From IMG/VR virus record IMGVR_UViG_3300046171_000314, positions 64,001 to 128,000 of that record: 64,000 nt of DNA. One strand, written 5' to 3'. The notes beneath the pieces were generated by a model. It was not told where the DNA came from, searched no databases, and worked only from the letters and a program-made list of their open reading frames with translations. Origin of the DNA: a virus. Numbering within the stretch: the stretch's first letter is position 1; each line of letters opens with the position of its first letter. Made by a program: the position numbers and the translations under genes. Below are positions 28,936 to 37,026 of this stretch, piece by piece.

Positions 28936-29472
28936 GTGTCGCATTTATTAAAGTTAGTGAAGTTTGATAAAGTAAAGCCTTCTATTCAGCCCCTTGCGTT
29001 TGAGTTTCAGGCTAACAAGGAGGCTACTCCTTTTTTGGTTTCGACAAGCAAATCTTTGTTGTGGATAACAGAAGCCCCAACAAATGTTGTTCGAGCAGCA
29101 GTTAGACCCAAAACAAAGATACAAGATTTTTATCTTGAGGTTATTCAAGAAGTAGTGGAGGTGGGGGAAGAGTGTTCTTGGGGAAATAATTACTCTTTTA
29201 ATAAAGAGGGGGTGTTGTCTGCTGTTTCCTATGTAAAATCTTATGGCATTGAGGAGGTGGTTTGTCTATTAAGTTCCTCTACAAAAAGCAGAACTAATTT
29301 TTTGCAGGGAACAGGGGTGGAGTTTTCTATTTGTAATTGGTTGCCGCAAGACTTTATTGCTGTCGTCCCCAAAGACAGATCTCTATTAGGGTTCGTTGGT
29401 GTGATGAACTCAGGGTTTGTTTCGGTAATACAAAATCCAAGCAGGTGTTTGGCTTTTGCAGGTGCTATATGA
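28936..29472 (+). CDS. hypothetical protein
   Basis: GAGGAGG RBS, GTG start. Confidence 0.6.
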   Translation: MSHLLKLVKFDKVKPSIQPLAFEFQANKEATPFLVSTSKSLLWITEAPTNVVRAAVRPKTKIQDFYLEVIQEVVEVGEECSWGNNYSFNKEGVLSAVSYVKSYGIEEVVCLLSSSTKSRTNFLQGTGVEFSICNWLPQDFIAVVPKDRSLLGFVGVMNSGFVSVIQNPSRCLAFAGAI

Positions 29473-30191
29473 GAGAATGGCTTGAAAATTCATTGTACGA
29501 CTTAACGGAAGATCAGGAGACGTATCTCTTAGGTCGAGGAGTTCTCAGAGAGGAGATTCGTAATGTGAACTTTCAATCTTGGTGTCCTGAGAAGCCTTGT
29601 CCTGCAAAAACCACAGAAGGGCAAGACTTTGTTAAGAGATTTGGGGAGTACGGTCATCGTCTTAATGATCTTCTATTGACTCCTTTGTACTCTCCTTCTA
29701 GCAAGTTGGTTGGTGTTGAAGGTCGTTCCATAGATGGCAACAAAACAATAATGAGAGTCCTTTCCTTTGAGTCTAAGTGGTGTCCGATATGGATAGGGCT
29801 TGGCAAAGCAGAGATGCTCAGGATTTGGAATGGGTATGATGTGTGGATAGTAGAAGGGATCTTCGATCTTACAACTCTGAGAGCCATAATGCCTCACGTA
29901 GTTGTTCTAGGGTCTTTGAGAGCCAACCTCACCAAGAAACATTTAGAGTTCCTTAGTCGCTTTGTGAAGGGCACAATTTACGTTGCTTACGACAACGATG
30001 AGACAGGACAAAAGGCTATGTACGGTCACTTCGATCCTAATGGTCGAAGACAACAAGGTATCATAGAAAAAATTAACAAATTACGATTAAACGCAGTGCC
30101 TGTTCGGTATAAGGGTGGCAAAGACCCGAATGAGATATGGCAACAAGGTGGCTACGATCAAGTTCGTAAATCTTTCATTAACTACCTATAA
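29469..30191 (+). CDS. DnaG-type primase catalytic (TOPRIM) core lacking zinc-binding domain
   Basis: YLLGRG, VGVEGR, IVEGIFD, AYDNDETG, KDPNE; start revised to MREWLE. Confidence 0.85.
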   Translation: MREWLENSLYDLTEDQETYLLGRGVLREEIRNVNFQSWCPEKPCPAKTTEGQDFVKRFGEYGHRLNDLLLTPLYSPSSKLVGVEGRSIDGNKTIMRVLSFESKWCPIWIGLGKAEMLRIWNGYDVWIVEGIFDLTTLRAIMPHVVVLGSLRANLTKKHLEFLSRFVKGTIYVAYDNDETGQKAMYGHFDPNGRRQQGIIEKINKLRLNAVPVRYKGGKDPNEIWQQGGYDQVRKSFINYL

Positions 30192-30206
30192 TATAAGGAG
30201 CATAAT

Positions 30207-30677
30207 ATGCCTACTGAAATATGGAAAGCAACAGAGGACATACAGGATTCTGTTAAAAAACTTGTTGCGAATCATCACCCTGACCTAATACTTGCCGCTG
30301 ACGAGATTGTGGTTCTCTTTCGTGAGAAAGCCACAAAGAAAGGTGGGAAAGTCATCTTAGGATCAAGCAAGAAAGCCCCCTCGATATTGAATGTTCTATC
30401 TGATGTTGAGTGTAAGTTTATTATCGAACTTGCGGCAGACGAATGGGTGGGTCTTACATCAAACCAACAAACCGCTTTGTTGGATCACCACTTGTGTGCG
30501 TTTCAAGTAGAAGAAGACCCCAAGACAGGAGATGTGAAATACTTTATCGCTCCTCCTGACATCGGATACTATCTTGATGAATATGAGCGGTATGGGGATT
30601 GGAGACCAAAGCAAGAAGAGGACACCACTGTGAAAGTGGATACAGTAACAGCAGACACCATCTTAGATGGACAGTAA
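30207..30677 (+). CDS. putative phage metallopeptidase-like protein
   Basis: FIIEL..DEW..L...QQ.ALLDHHLC, PPD...E.ERYG pattern; HExxH degenerate. Confidence 0.6.
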   Translation: MPTEIWKATEDIQDSVKKLVANHHPDLILAADEIVVLFREKATKKGGKVILGSSKKAPSILNVLSDVECKFIIELAADEWVGLTSNQQTALLDHHLCAFQVEEDPKTGDVKYFIAPPDIGYYLDEYERYGDWRPKQEEDTTVKVDTVTADTILDGQ

Positions 30678-30698
30678 GCAGTTTTAATTGGCTTTATT

Positions 30699-30726
30699 AA
30701 AGGTGGGCTATTGCTCACCTTTTTTT
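30699..30726 (+). terminator. rho-independent terminator
   Basis: AAAGGTGGGC-TATT-GCTCACCTTT then T-run. Confidence 0.75.
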
Positions 30727-30756
30727 GTTTATGGGGTGGTTGGAACGTAAGAGCAC

Positions 30757-30765
30757 TTCGGTATA
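30757..30765 (+). promoter_or_regulatory. class B putative promoter
   Basis: TTCGGTATA about 25 nt before dnaX start. Confidence 0.5.
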
Positions 30766-30789
30766 TTCAAAAACAGATAGGAGAATACA

Positions 30790-32172
30790 ATGGCATTTGA
30801 TACAAAATATCGTCCTAATGGATATGACTCGGTTATTGGGCAAGAAGCCAATGTAAAGGTTCTACAGAGCATCGTGAAGAATGGATCAGGCTTTCACCAA
30901 TCTTATGTATTTTGTGGGCAGCACGGTACAGGAAAAACCACATTGGGTCGGATTCTTGCACGAGCCTTGCTTTGCGAAAATCCTCAGGAGGGTAATCCTT
31001 GCGATCAGTGCTCTTCTTGTTTGTCTATTTTGGAGAATGGTAGTTCGGAGGGGTTCATAGAAATAGATGCGGCTACAAACTCAGGCAAGGGAGACATTAA
31101 AGAGATAGTGGATCAATTAGAATACGCTACTGTGACAGGAAAGAAAAGGATTTATCTATTTGATGAGGCACATGAGTTATCAAGACAAGCCCTTGATGGT
31201 TTATTGAAGCCGATGGAAGATACAGAGGTGGGATCTGACGATAAAAAGTTGGTGTGCATCTTTTGTACAACCGAGCCTGAGAAGATGCGAAAGACCATCT
31301 TCTCAAGGTGTGCCCCTGCTTTTGTTATTCGTGTTCCAACCCCTCAGGATATAGCAGACAGACTTGTATATGTCTGTGAGAAGGAGGAAATAGAATATGA
31401 CTATGAAGCCCTTGTATCTATTTCGGAGTACTGTTCCTGCCACGTTCGAGATTCTCTTAAGTCTTTACAAGGTGTCTCTTCTTTGGGCAAGGTCGATATG
31501 GCAGCCATTAAGCAATACCTGCGATTAGATGTACAGATAAAATGTTTAGAGGTTCTTGATAACTTAAGATCCGATTTTGCAAAGGCAATCGAGAACTTCG
31601 ATGCTTTAAGGATTATTGCTTCTCCTGCCTCTTGTTACGAGCAACTATCCAAGTTGTCCTTGATGGCATATAGAAAATCATTGGGGGTTTCAAAGATCCC
31701 CGTTTATTTGGATTCCAAAAAGATAGACTCAATCTCTAAACAAGGGCAGCAACTTATAGTTCTCACCCAAAGTTTGCTTTCACATCCACATAATCCCTCT
31801 CACGAAATGCTACTATGTGATCTGTCTAATTATCATTTTGGACAAGCCCCTATACAGACTATAACTAAAGTAGTCACCCAAACTTTAGAACCAAAAACAC
31901 AACCAACACAAAAAAATTCTCAACAGATACCACAAAGTTCGGTATCGTACCAACAACAAAAGCCTACAATTATAAATGGGGTATATCGAGAAGCAAGGGC
32001 GGTTAAGAAACCTCCTAGAAAATCAGAGAGTGTTCCGAAAAAAGAAGGAATACCTTTTGAAGTTTTTAAGGATTTCCTAGACGCTCGCTATCAGGAGTTG
32101 GAACACGAACATGGACAAAAGAGACGAACAAACTTGGGTGGTTTTGGAACTTTCTCACGCAGGAGAGTCTAG
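30790..32172 (+). CDS. dnaX: DNA polymerase III gamma/tau clamp-loader ATPase
   Basis: KYRP..Y..VIGQ, GQHGTGKTT, C..PC..C..C, EIDAA, DEAH, LLKPME, TTEPEK, TIFSRC. Confidence 0.95.
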   Translation: MAFDTKYRPNGYDSVIGQEANVKVLQSIVKNGSGFHQSYVFCGQHGTGKTTLGRILARALLCENPQEGNPCDQCSSCLSILENGSSEGFIEIDAATNSGKGDIKEIVDQLEYATVTGKKRIYLFDEAHELSRQALDGLLKPMEDTEVGSDDKKLVCIFCTTEPEKMRKTIFSRCAPAFVIRVPTPQDIADRLVYVCEKEEIEYDYEALVSISEYCSCHVRDSLKSLQGVSSLGKVDMAAIKQYLRLDVQIKCLEVLDNLRSDFAKAIENFDALRIIASPASCYEQLSKLSLMAYRKSLGVSKIPVYLDSKKIDSISKQGQQLIVLTQSLLSHPHNPSHEMLLCDLSNYHFGQAPIQTITKVVTQTLEPKTQPTQKNSQQIPQSSVSYQQQKPTIINGVYREARAVKKPPRKSESVPKKEGIPFEVFKDFLDARYQELEHEHGQKRRTNLGGFGTFSRRRV

Positions 32173-32647
32173 GGCGAAGGAGGGGATTCTCGAAAAGATT
32201 GTTCGACACGAGTTGGGTGTTGAGCCAACTTTTCCTGTTTTTATACCTATACAGGTATATCAGAAAGGAGATAAGACAATACGAATTGATGGTATGCAGG
32301 GGTATGCCTTTGTGAAAGCAGGGCTTCCCGATCACGTCTATTTTCAATTAGAGCAATCAGATTTTGTGAAGAATGTTATCTCTGCCCCTCATAAAAGAGG
32401 AAGAGTCCTTGCTTGTGTTCCTGATAGTGCCATAGAAGGTGTTCGAGATTCAATTCGAAGAGAGGTAAGCCAAGACCTTGTTGCAGGAACAAGGGTTCGT
32501 GTGCGGACAGGGCTATTCTCCTATCTTGAGGGTGAGGTCATCGACAGAGAAGATGACGATATCATACTAGAAATTAAGATGAGATCCATACACGCAATTG
32601 TGAAAGTACACGGCTTGTATGTTGATCTTGCTGAGGGAGATGCTTAA
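32111..32647 (+). CDS. NusG/RfaH-family transcription elongation/antitermination factor
   Basis: NGN domain (WVVL, VFIP, GYAFVK) plus KOW GTRVRVRTGLFSYLEGEV. Confidence 0.85.
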   Translation: MDKRDEQTWVVLELSHAGESRAKEGILEKIVRHELGVEPTFPVFIPIQVYQKGDKTIRIDGMQGYAFVKAGLPDHVYFQLEQSDFVKNVISAPHKRGRVLACVPDSAIEGVRDSIRREVSQDLVAGTRVRVRTGLFSYLEGEVIDREDDDIILEIKMRSIHAIVKVHGLYVDLAEGDA

Positions 32648-33252
32648 TGTGGTGGTCAGGTCATAAACTAATAGATTCACACGAATTAGAGTCAAGGTTC
32701 TCTAATGAAGATGGGTTGTCTGAAATAGGGATTACTGTTTCTGAGGAGATGTCAGAGGAAACCCTAGAGAAGTTGGATAGGATAAGGGATATGCTTGATC
32801 GTATTCCACCAAGAGAAGCCGACTTTATTGAACTGTACTATTTCAATAAGATGCGACAAACGGACATAGCAGAACTCTTTTGTGTAACACAACCTACTGT
32901 TTGCTATAGATTACAACGAGCCTCCGACAGATTGAAATATCTTATGGAACTTCCTGATATCAACTCAAGCCAATTAAGAGAGAACCTAACAGGCAAATTT
33001 AAGGATGAGGTGGATGTTGATATAATGATCCTGATGTTTGAAACTACTTGTCAGAGTGAGGTTGCGAATTCTCTTTCCGTTTCACAGGGGTTGGTTCGTC
33101 ACAGATTTATTCGGTCTATGAAAGCCTTAGCCCACTACCCTGAATTGGATTATATCTTGCAGATGTACGAAAAACTATCAAAGAATTTGAACATTCTGAG
33201 AGAGGTTCAAAGACCAACCTTGCCGAATGAAATTTTCAATGTGGTTCATTAG
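32647..33252 (+). CDS. sigma-70 region-4-like tandem HTH protein
   Basis: LDRIPPREADFIELYY...QTDIAELFCVTQPTV.YRL.RA; second HTH QSEVANSLSVSQGLVRHR. Confidence 0.75.
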   Translation: MWWSGHKLIDSHELESRFSNEDGLSEIGITVSEEMSEETLEKLDRIRDMLDRIPPREADFIELYYFNKMRQTDIAELFCVTQPTVCYRLQRASDRLKYLMELPDINSSQLRENLTGKFKDEVDVDIMILMFETTCQSEVANSLSVSQGLVRHRFIRSMKALAHYPELDYILQMYEKLSKNLNILREVQRPTLPNEIFNVVH

Positions 33253-33263
33253 TTTCTCTATAT
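33248..33263 (+). promoter_or_regulatory. class A putative promoter at start of virion region
   Basis: ATTAGT-TTCT-CTATAT. Confidence 0.55.
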
Positions 33264-33288
33264 TCCTTCATTACAAGAAGGAGGAGTC

Positions 33289-33600
33289 TTGTCTGATAAA
33301 GAGTTAGAAGATCGTATACTAATGACAAAGAGGTTGGCACACAGGTGGGTGAAGAAACACATTAAGCCTGAGAACCGATTGATTGTTTATTATGGACACG
33401 TAGAGATAAGTCGTGTCCCATCTTTGTTGCGTAGTTTTCGAGACTCTAAGATCACTATGGCAGGCATTCCACCTATCCCTGATCTTGGCATCACAGAAAG
33501 ATTTGATTGCTTTGAGATATGGACAGAGAATAAGGAAGGTTTGATAGCCCTTGACAAGTGGCTGTCTGATCGGGGATTTGAAACATCAGGGGTATGGTAA
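33289..33600 (+). CDS. hypothetical protein with KRLAHRW motif
   Basis: GGAGGAG RBS, TTG start. Confidence 0.7.
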   Translation: MSDKELEDRILMTKRLAHRWVKKHIKPENRLIVYYGHVEISRVPSLLRSFRDSKITMAGIPPIPDLGITERFDCFEIWTENKEGLIALDKWLSDRGFETSGVW

Positions 33601-34032
33601 ATGTCTTCACAAAGAATACAATCAGAGTTTGTTTATAAGTCTGTCACATCAGCGGCTGAGACCTATTACTTCACGATACGTTGCGACACCGAGAGCAATC
33701 TCAGTGTTCGGAATATACAAAATCCCGCAGGGCTTATTGTAGATTCTATGTCTTCTTTACCCTCTGAGGTTATTACAGATATCTCGGATGCAATGTCAGT
33801 TGTTCGTGATCTGCTCTCCATTAATTCTAGAGTCAATGGCACAATAACTTTCACCGCTGAAACTTCTGTTACTGTTTCACTGCCTGAGGCGATGTCAACG
33901 GCAGGCTATTCTGTTCTTCTTGATGTTTCAGACTTTGTTCTTTTTCGTGTCACTTCAAAAACAACAACATCTTTTGTTGTTCAAAGTTCTACGACATATA
34001 CGGGAACGATTCTTTATTCTGTTTTTAATTAA
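33601..34032 (+). CDS. putative structural protein
   Basis: Ser/Thr-rich C-terminal beta domain similar to C-terminus of 34602 protein. Confidence 0.6.
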   Translation: MSSQRIQSEFVYKSVTSAAETYYFTIRCDTESNLSVRNIQNPAGLIVDSMSSLPSEVITDISDAMSVVRDLLSINSRVNGTITFTAETSVTVSLPEAMSTAGYSVLLDVSDFVLFRVTSKTTTSFVVQSSTTYTGTILYSVFN

Positions 34033-34040
34033 GGTACAGC

Positions 34041-34602
34041 ATGGACATATACATATTTGACTTTGATGGTACTTTGATGCGAACACCTGAGGAAACCCCT
34101 TCTTGGTGGAAAGACCCTGCTCCTTTTAGTTGGCACAGTAATCCTGTTTCACTATCTCCTCCTGTTGTTCCCTCAAAGCCAAGCGGAAAACATTGGATTT
34201 CTTGGGTAGCCAAAGAAGCAAAGAGGTCTTTGCAAGACCCCAATGCAAAAGTATTTCTTGTCACTGCGAGAGTTTCTTCTATGAGGCAGAGAATACTTGA
34301 GATTCTGAAGAGTAAAGGTATAGTGTTCGATGGAACTTACTTCAATCCGGGGGACCGATGCTTCGTCTTACAAGAAAAAGGTTTTTCAAGATATTCAAGC
34401 GAAGTACCCTAACCCACAAGAGGTTCACATCTTTGAAGATAATCACCTCAATGCTTATGTTCCTGCCTTAGAAAAAATGTTTCCCTTCTCGAAGGTCTTT
34501 GGGCATGGTGTAAAAGACAGTCAGCATCCGATAGAGCCTGAGGGTATCCCTCAGGACTTAGCCTTAAGGGTTGCTGATCGATACTTGAATAGGAGATACT
34601 AA
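34041..34602 (+). CDS. HAD-superfamily phosphatase (RNA-repair-type HAD), apparent +1 frameshift in G-run 34349-34353
   Basis: FDFDGTL (DxD), VTAR, K, IFEDN; joined reading YFNPGTDASSYKK; C-terminal RVADRYL tag. Confidence 0.8.
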
Positions 34603-35780
34603 TGCCGCAAACAACCCCCACAGAAGCAGATGTGATACAGTTCAATTCAAATGGTGGCAACACCATACAAGTTTCATCAGACACTGATGGCAATTTGACC
34701 TTTGTAGATGCTGTCGTTTCTTCTGCAATCAAATTAGTAGATTTGGCAGGTCTTGAAAGCCATAGTTCTGTTTTTGTTGTCGGCAAAAAATATGCCACAA
34801 TACAAGCCGCATTAGATGCGGTTTCAGGCACTTCATCGGTTTCCAATCCTTCTGTTATCTTAATTCCTACAGGTGTTTATGCCGAGAGCATTACTGTTCA
34901 AAAAGATGGTGTTCATTTGGTGGGGCTTGGTTTGGTCGAGATAACAGGAACAGTGGGCAACCCTACTGTTTCTATTGATGATTTGGGGGCGGTTGTTCCT
35001 CTCTCGGTCACTTTTCAAAACATAATCTTCTCAAAATCACAAGATGCAGAGAAGGCGGTCTCTATTGTTGGGGCTGCTGCAACTAATCTTGGATTGGGGG
35101 GTATTACTTTCAAAGGTTGTCAGTTCAAAGCAACAGGCATTGGAACGTTTGCGGTCTTTGTAGATATTGCTAATACAGTTATTATTGAGGGTGGGAGTAC
35201 CACAGGTTCTAGTGCAACTGCGAAATTTTCGGTTTCACAGTGTGCAAGTTTTTCAGCGAATAGGACATCGGAAATTCCCAATGTAGAGTTGTCATATAAT
35301 AATGCCTCTGATCGACCCTCAACTTTGACATCAAGTTATTCCTTCGCACATAATCTTTCGTGTGGAGATTTTTTGGTATCTCTGTTGGGGATAGGGTCTC
35401 TGAGTGTTTCTAATTGTACTGTGGGCAGTTTGTCTGTAGATGGAACACAAAACATCTCTCTTGCAAGATGTACTTTGGGGGTTCTTACGGTTAGTGGGAC
35501 GATTGGTGCAGCGATCACAGACTCGGAGTACACCTCCTTGAGTGGGGATGTCACAGCATCCTTAGAGATAGATCAGGTGATTGATTCGATAGTTTTCTCG
35601 AACGAAGCAAGTAAAACTGTCTCGTTGCCACTGCCTTACCCCAACTCTTCTTATATGGTTCTTATAGATAGTCCTCTTGCTGACATGCCTTTTGTCGAAA
35701 ATAAGACCACCACAACCTTTGATATTACCTACTCAGGGTTGGTCACAGTTACTGCTATTTACCAAGTCATAAAGTTTTGA
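34602..35780 (+). CDS. virion beta-helix / fibre-like protein
   Basis: KYATIQAALDA...IPTGVY.E (pectin-lyase-like N-cap), Gly/Ser/Thr-rich repeats. Confidence 0.65.
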   Translation: MPQTTPTEADVIQFNSNGGNTIQVSSDTDGNLTFVDAVVSSAIKLVDLAGLESHSSVFVVGKKYATIQAALDAVSGTSSVSNPSVILIPTGVYAESITVQKDGVHLVGLGLVEITGTVGNPTVSIDDLGAVVPLSVTFQNIIFSKSQDAEKAVSIVGAAATNLGLGGITFKGCQFKATGIGTFAVFVDIANTVIIEGGSTTGSSATAKFSVSQCASFSANRTSEIPNVELSYNNASDRPSTLTSSYSFAHNLSCGDFLVSLLGIGSLSVSNCTVGSLSVDGTQNISLARCTLGVLTVSGTIGAAITDSEYTSLSGDVTASLEIDQVIDSIVFSNEASKTVSLPLPYPNSSYMVLIDSPLADMPFVENKTTTTFDITYSGLVTVTAIYQVIKF

Positions 35781-35794
35781 TAATCATTCTATAT
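35779..35794 (+). promoter_or_regulatory. class A putative promoter
   Basis: GATAAT-CATT-CTATAT. Confidence 0.6.
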
Positions 35795-35820
35795 TTCCAC
35801 AAGGATAGTGAGGTGTATCT

Positions 35821-36408
35821 ATGTCTAGTGGAAATGATTTTGGTTTTTGGGATGGTCTATTAAAAGAATCCTACCTTAGCGGTGATGTTGATTCTATGAA
35901 TATGTTCCTTGACGATGCCGTTGAGACAAGAATGACCTCAAGAGAAATTGGGGAGAACTTTGAACAACTGAGAGGTTTGACCGATAAAGGCAGAGTTTCC
36001 AAAGCACTGCATTTGCCTGTCCTTGATGGGTCTCGTGTGGCTTTTAATTCTAACTTGGGGGTTGTGTTATCTTTTGAGGATATGCCTGAACACGGATCGA
36101 AGGGGACAGTGGTCTCAGTACGGTCTGCCTCAGGGGAGGTCACCTCATACGAGGGTAATGTCTTTGTTGAGTGGGATGATGGGCATTTTCGATCTGTTAA
36201 TGCTCAATACCTTTTGTTATTAGAAAGCCCTAAGAAAGCAGAAAAAATTCGTGTTAGTTCTTTGGGAGATCTTACAGATTTCTTAAAGGTTTCCAAAGAT
36301 GCCTTAGTACACAAATCCACTAAGGATATTTGGTCTTTCAAAAAAGATGGTGATGAATTTGTTATTGAAAGGCTGCTTGGAGAAGATGGCACACCCTTAA
36401 AAAGTTAG
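35821..36408 (+). CDS. hypothetical virion-region protein
   Basis: SH3-like segment GTVVSV...VEWDDG; C-terminal LVHKSTKDIWSF. Confidence 0.65.
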   Translation: MSSGNDFGFWDGLLKESYLSGDVDSMNMFLDDAVETRMTSREIGENFEQLRGLTDKGRVSKALHLPVLDGSRVAFNSNLGVVLSFEDMPEHGSKGTVVSVRSASGEVTSYEGNVFVEWDDGHFRSVNAQYLLLLESPKKAEKIRVSSLGDLTDFLKVSKDALVHKSTKDIWSFKKDGDEFVIERLLGEDGTPLKS

Positions 36409-36417
36409 GAGTAACCT

Positions 36418-37026
36418 GTGAGTATAAAGAGAATCGCTGATAGATATATGACTAGGCATAGCGTCCGAACCGCAGGTGAAGTTCGTTTCGTAAAAGACAA
36501 TTCTAACGATGCAAGTTCGTGGGCTTGGAAGCAAGGACCTTCTGAGCGTGTGATGACACCTGACCATGTGTTTAATCCTGCGAAGAAAAAAGCATTGGCG
36601 AAAGTTTTGAGAAGCACCACTGCATCAATGGGGCACGCTATGAGTGCTTATTCTACATTTACAAAAATCAAGAGTGCAGATGTTTCCCCTGATGGGAACT
36701 TAGGCGGCAAAGGGTACATTCAAAAGATAATGGATATGCGAAAGCAATATATGAATGTTGTTGAGGCTCTCTCTGCACTCAGTGATACGATTTATGACGA
36801 AGTTTCTGCTCCACATTGGGCTGCAATCTCTCGTCAAGAAACGGATGAAGACAAAGCAGAAGTTGCACAAATTATGCAAGATGCTCAGGATATAAAAGAA
36901 AATCCTGAGGAGTGGGCAGAAGAACAGGAAGAAGAAATGGATAAAAACCCTGTGGGAAAAACCGCAAGCACAAAAGTTCCTTCTGTTGTTAGAGTTGCCC
37001 AACGATATTTAAAGGAGAGAGTCTAA
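36418..37026 (+). CDS. putative head protein with RIADRY/RVAQRY tags
   Basis: Tags at both termini flanked by RTA and KTA. Confidence 0.7.
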   Translation: MSIKRIADRYMTRHSVRTAGEVRFVKDNSNDASSWAWKQGPSERVMTPDHVFNPAKKKALAKVLRSTTASMGHAMSAYSTFTKIKSADVSPDGNLGGKGYIQKIMDMRKQYMNVVEALSALSDTIYDEVSAPHWAAISRQETDEDKAEVAQIMQDAQDIKENPEEWAEEQEEEMDKNPVGKTASTKVPSVVRVAQRYLKERV

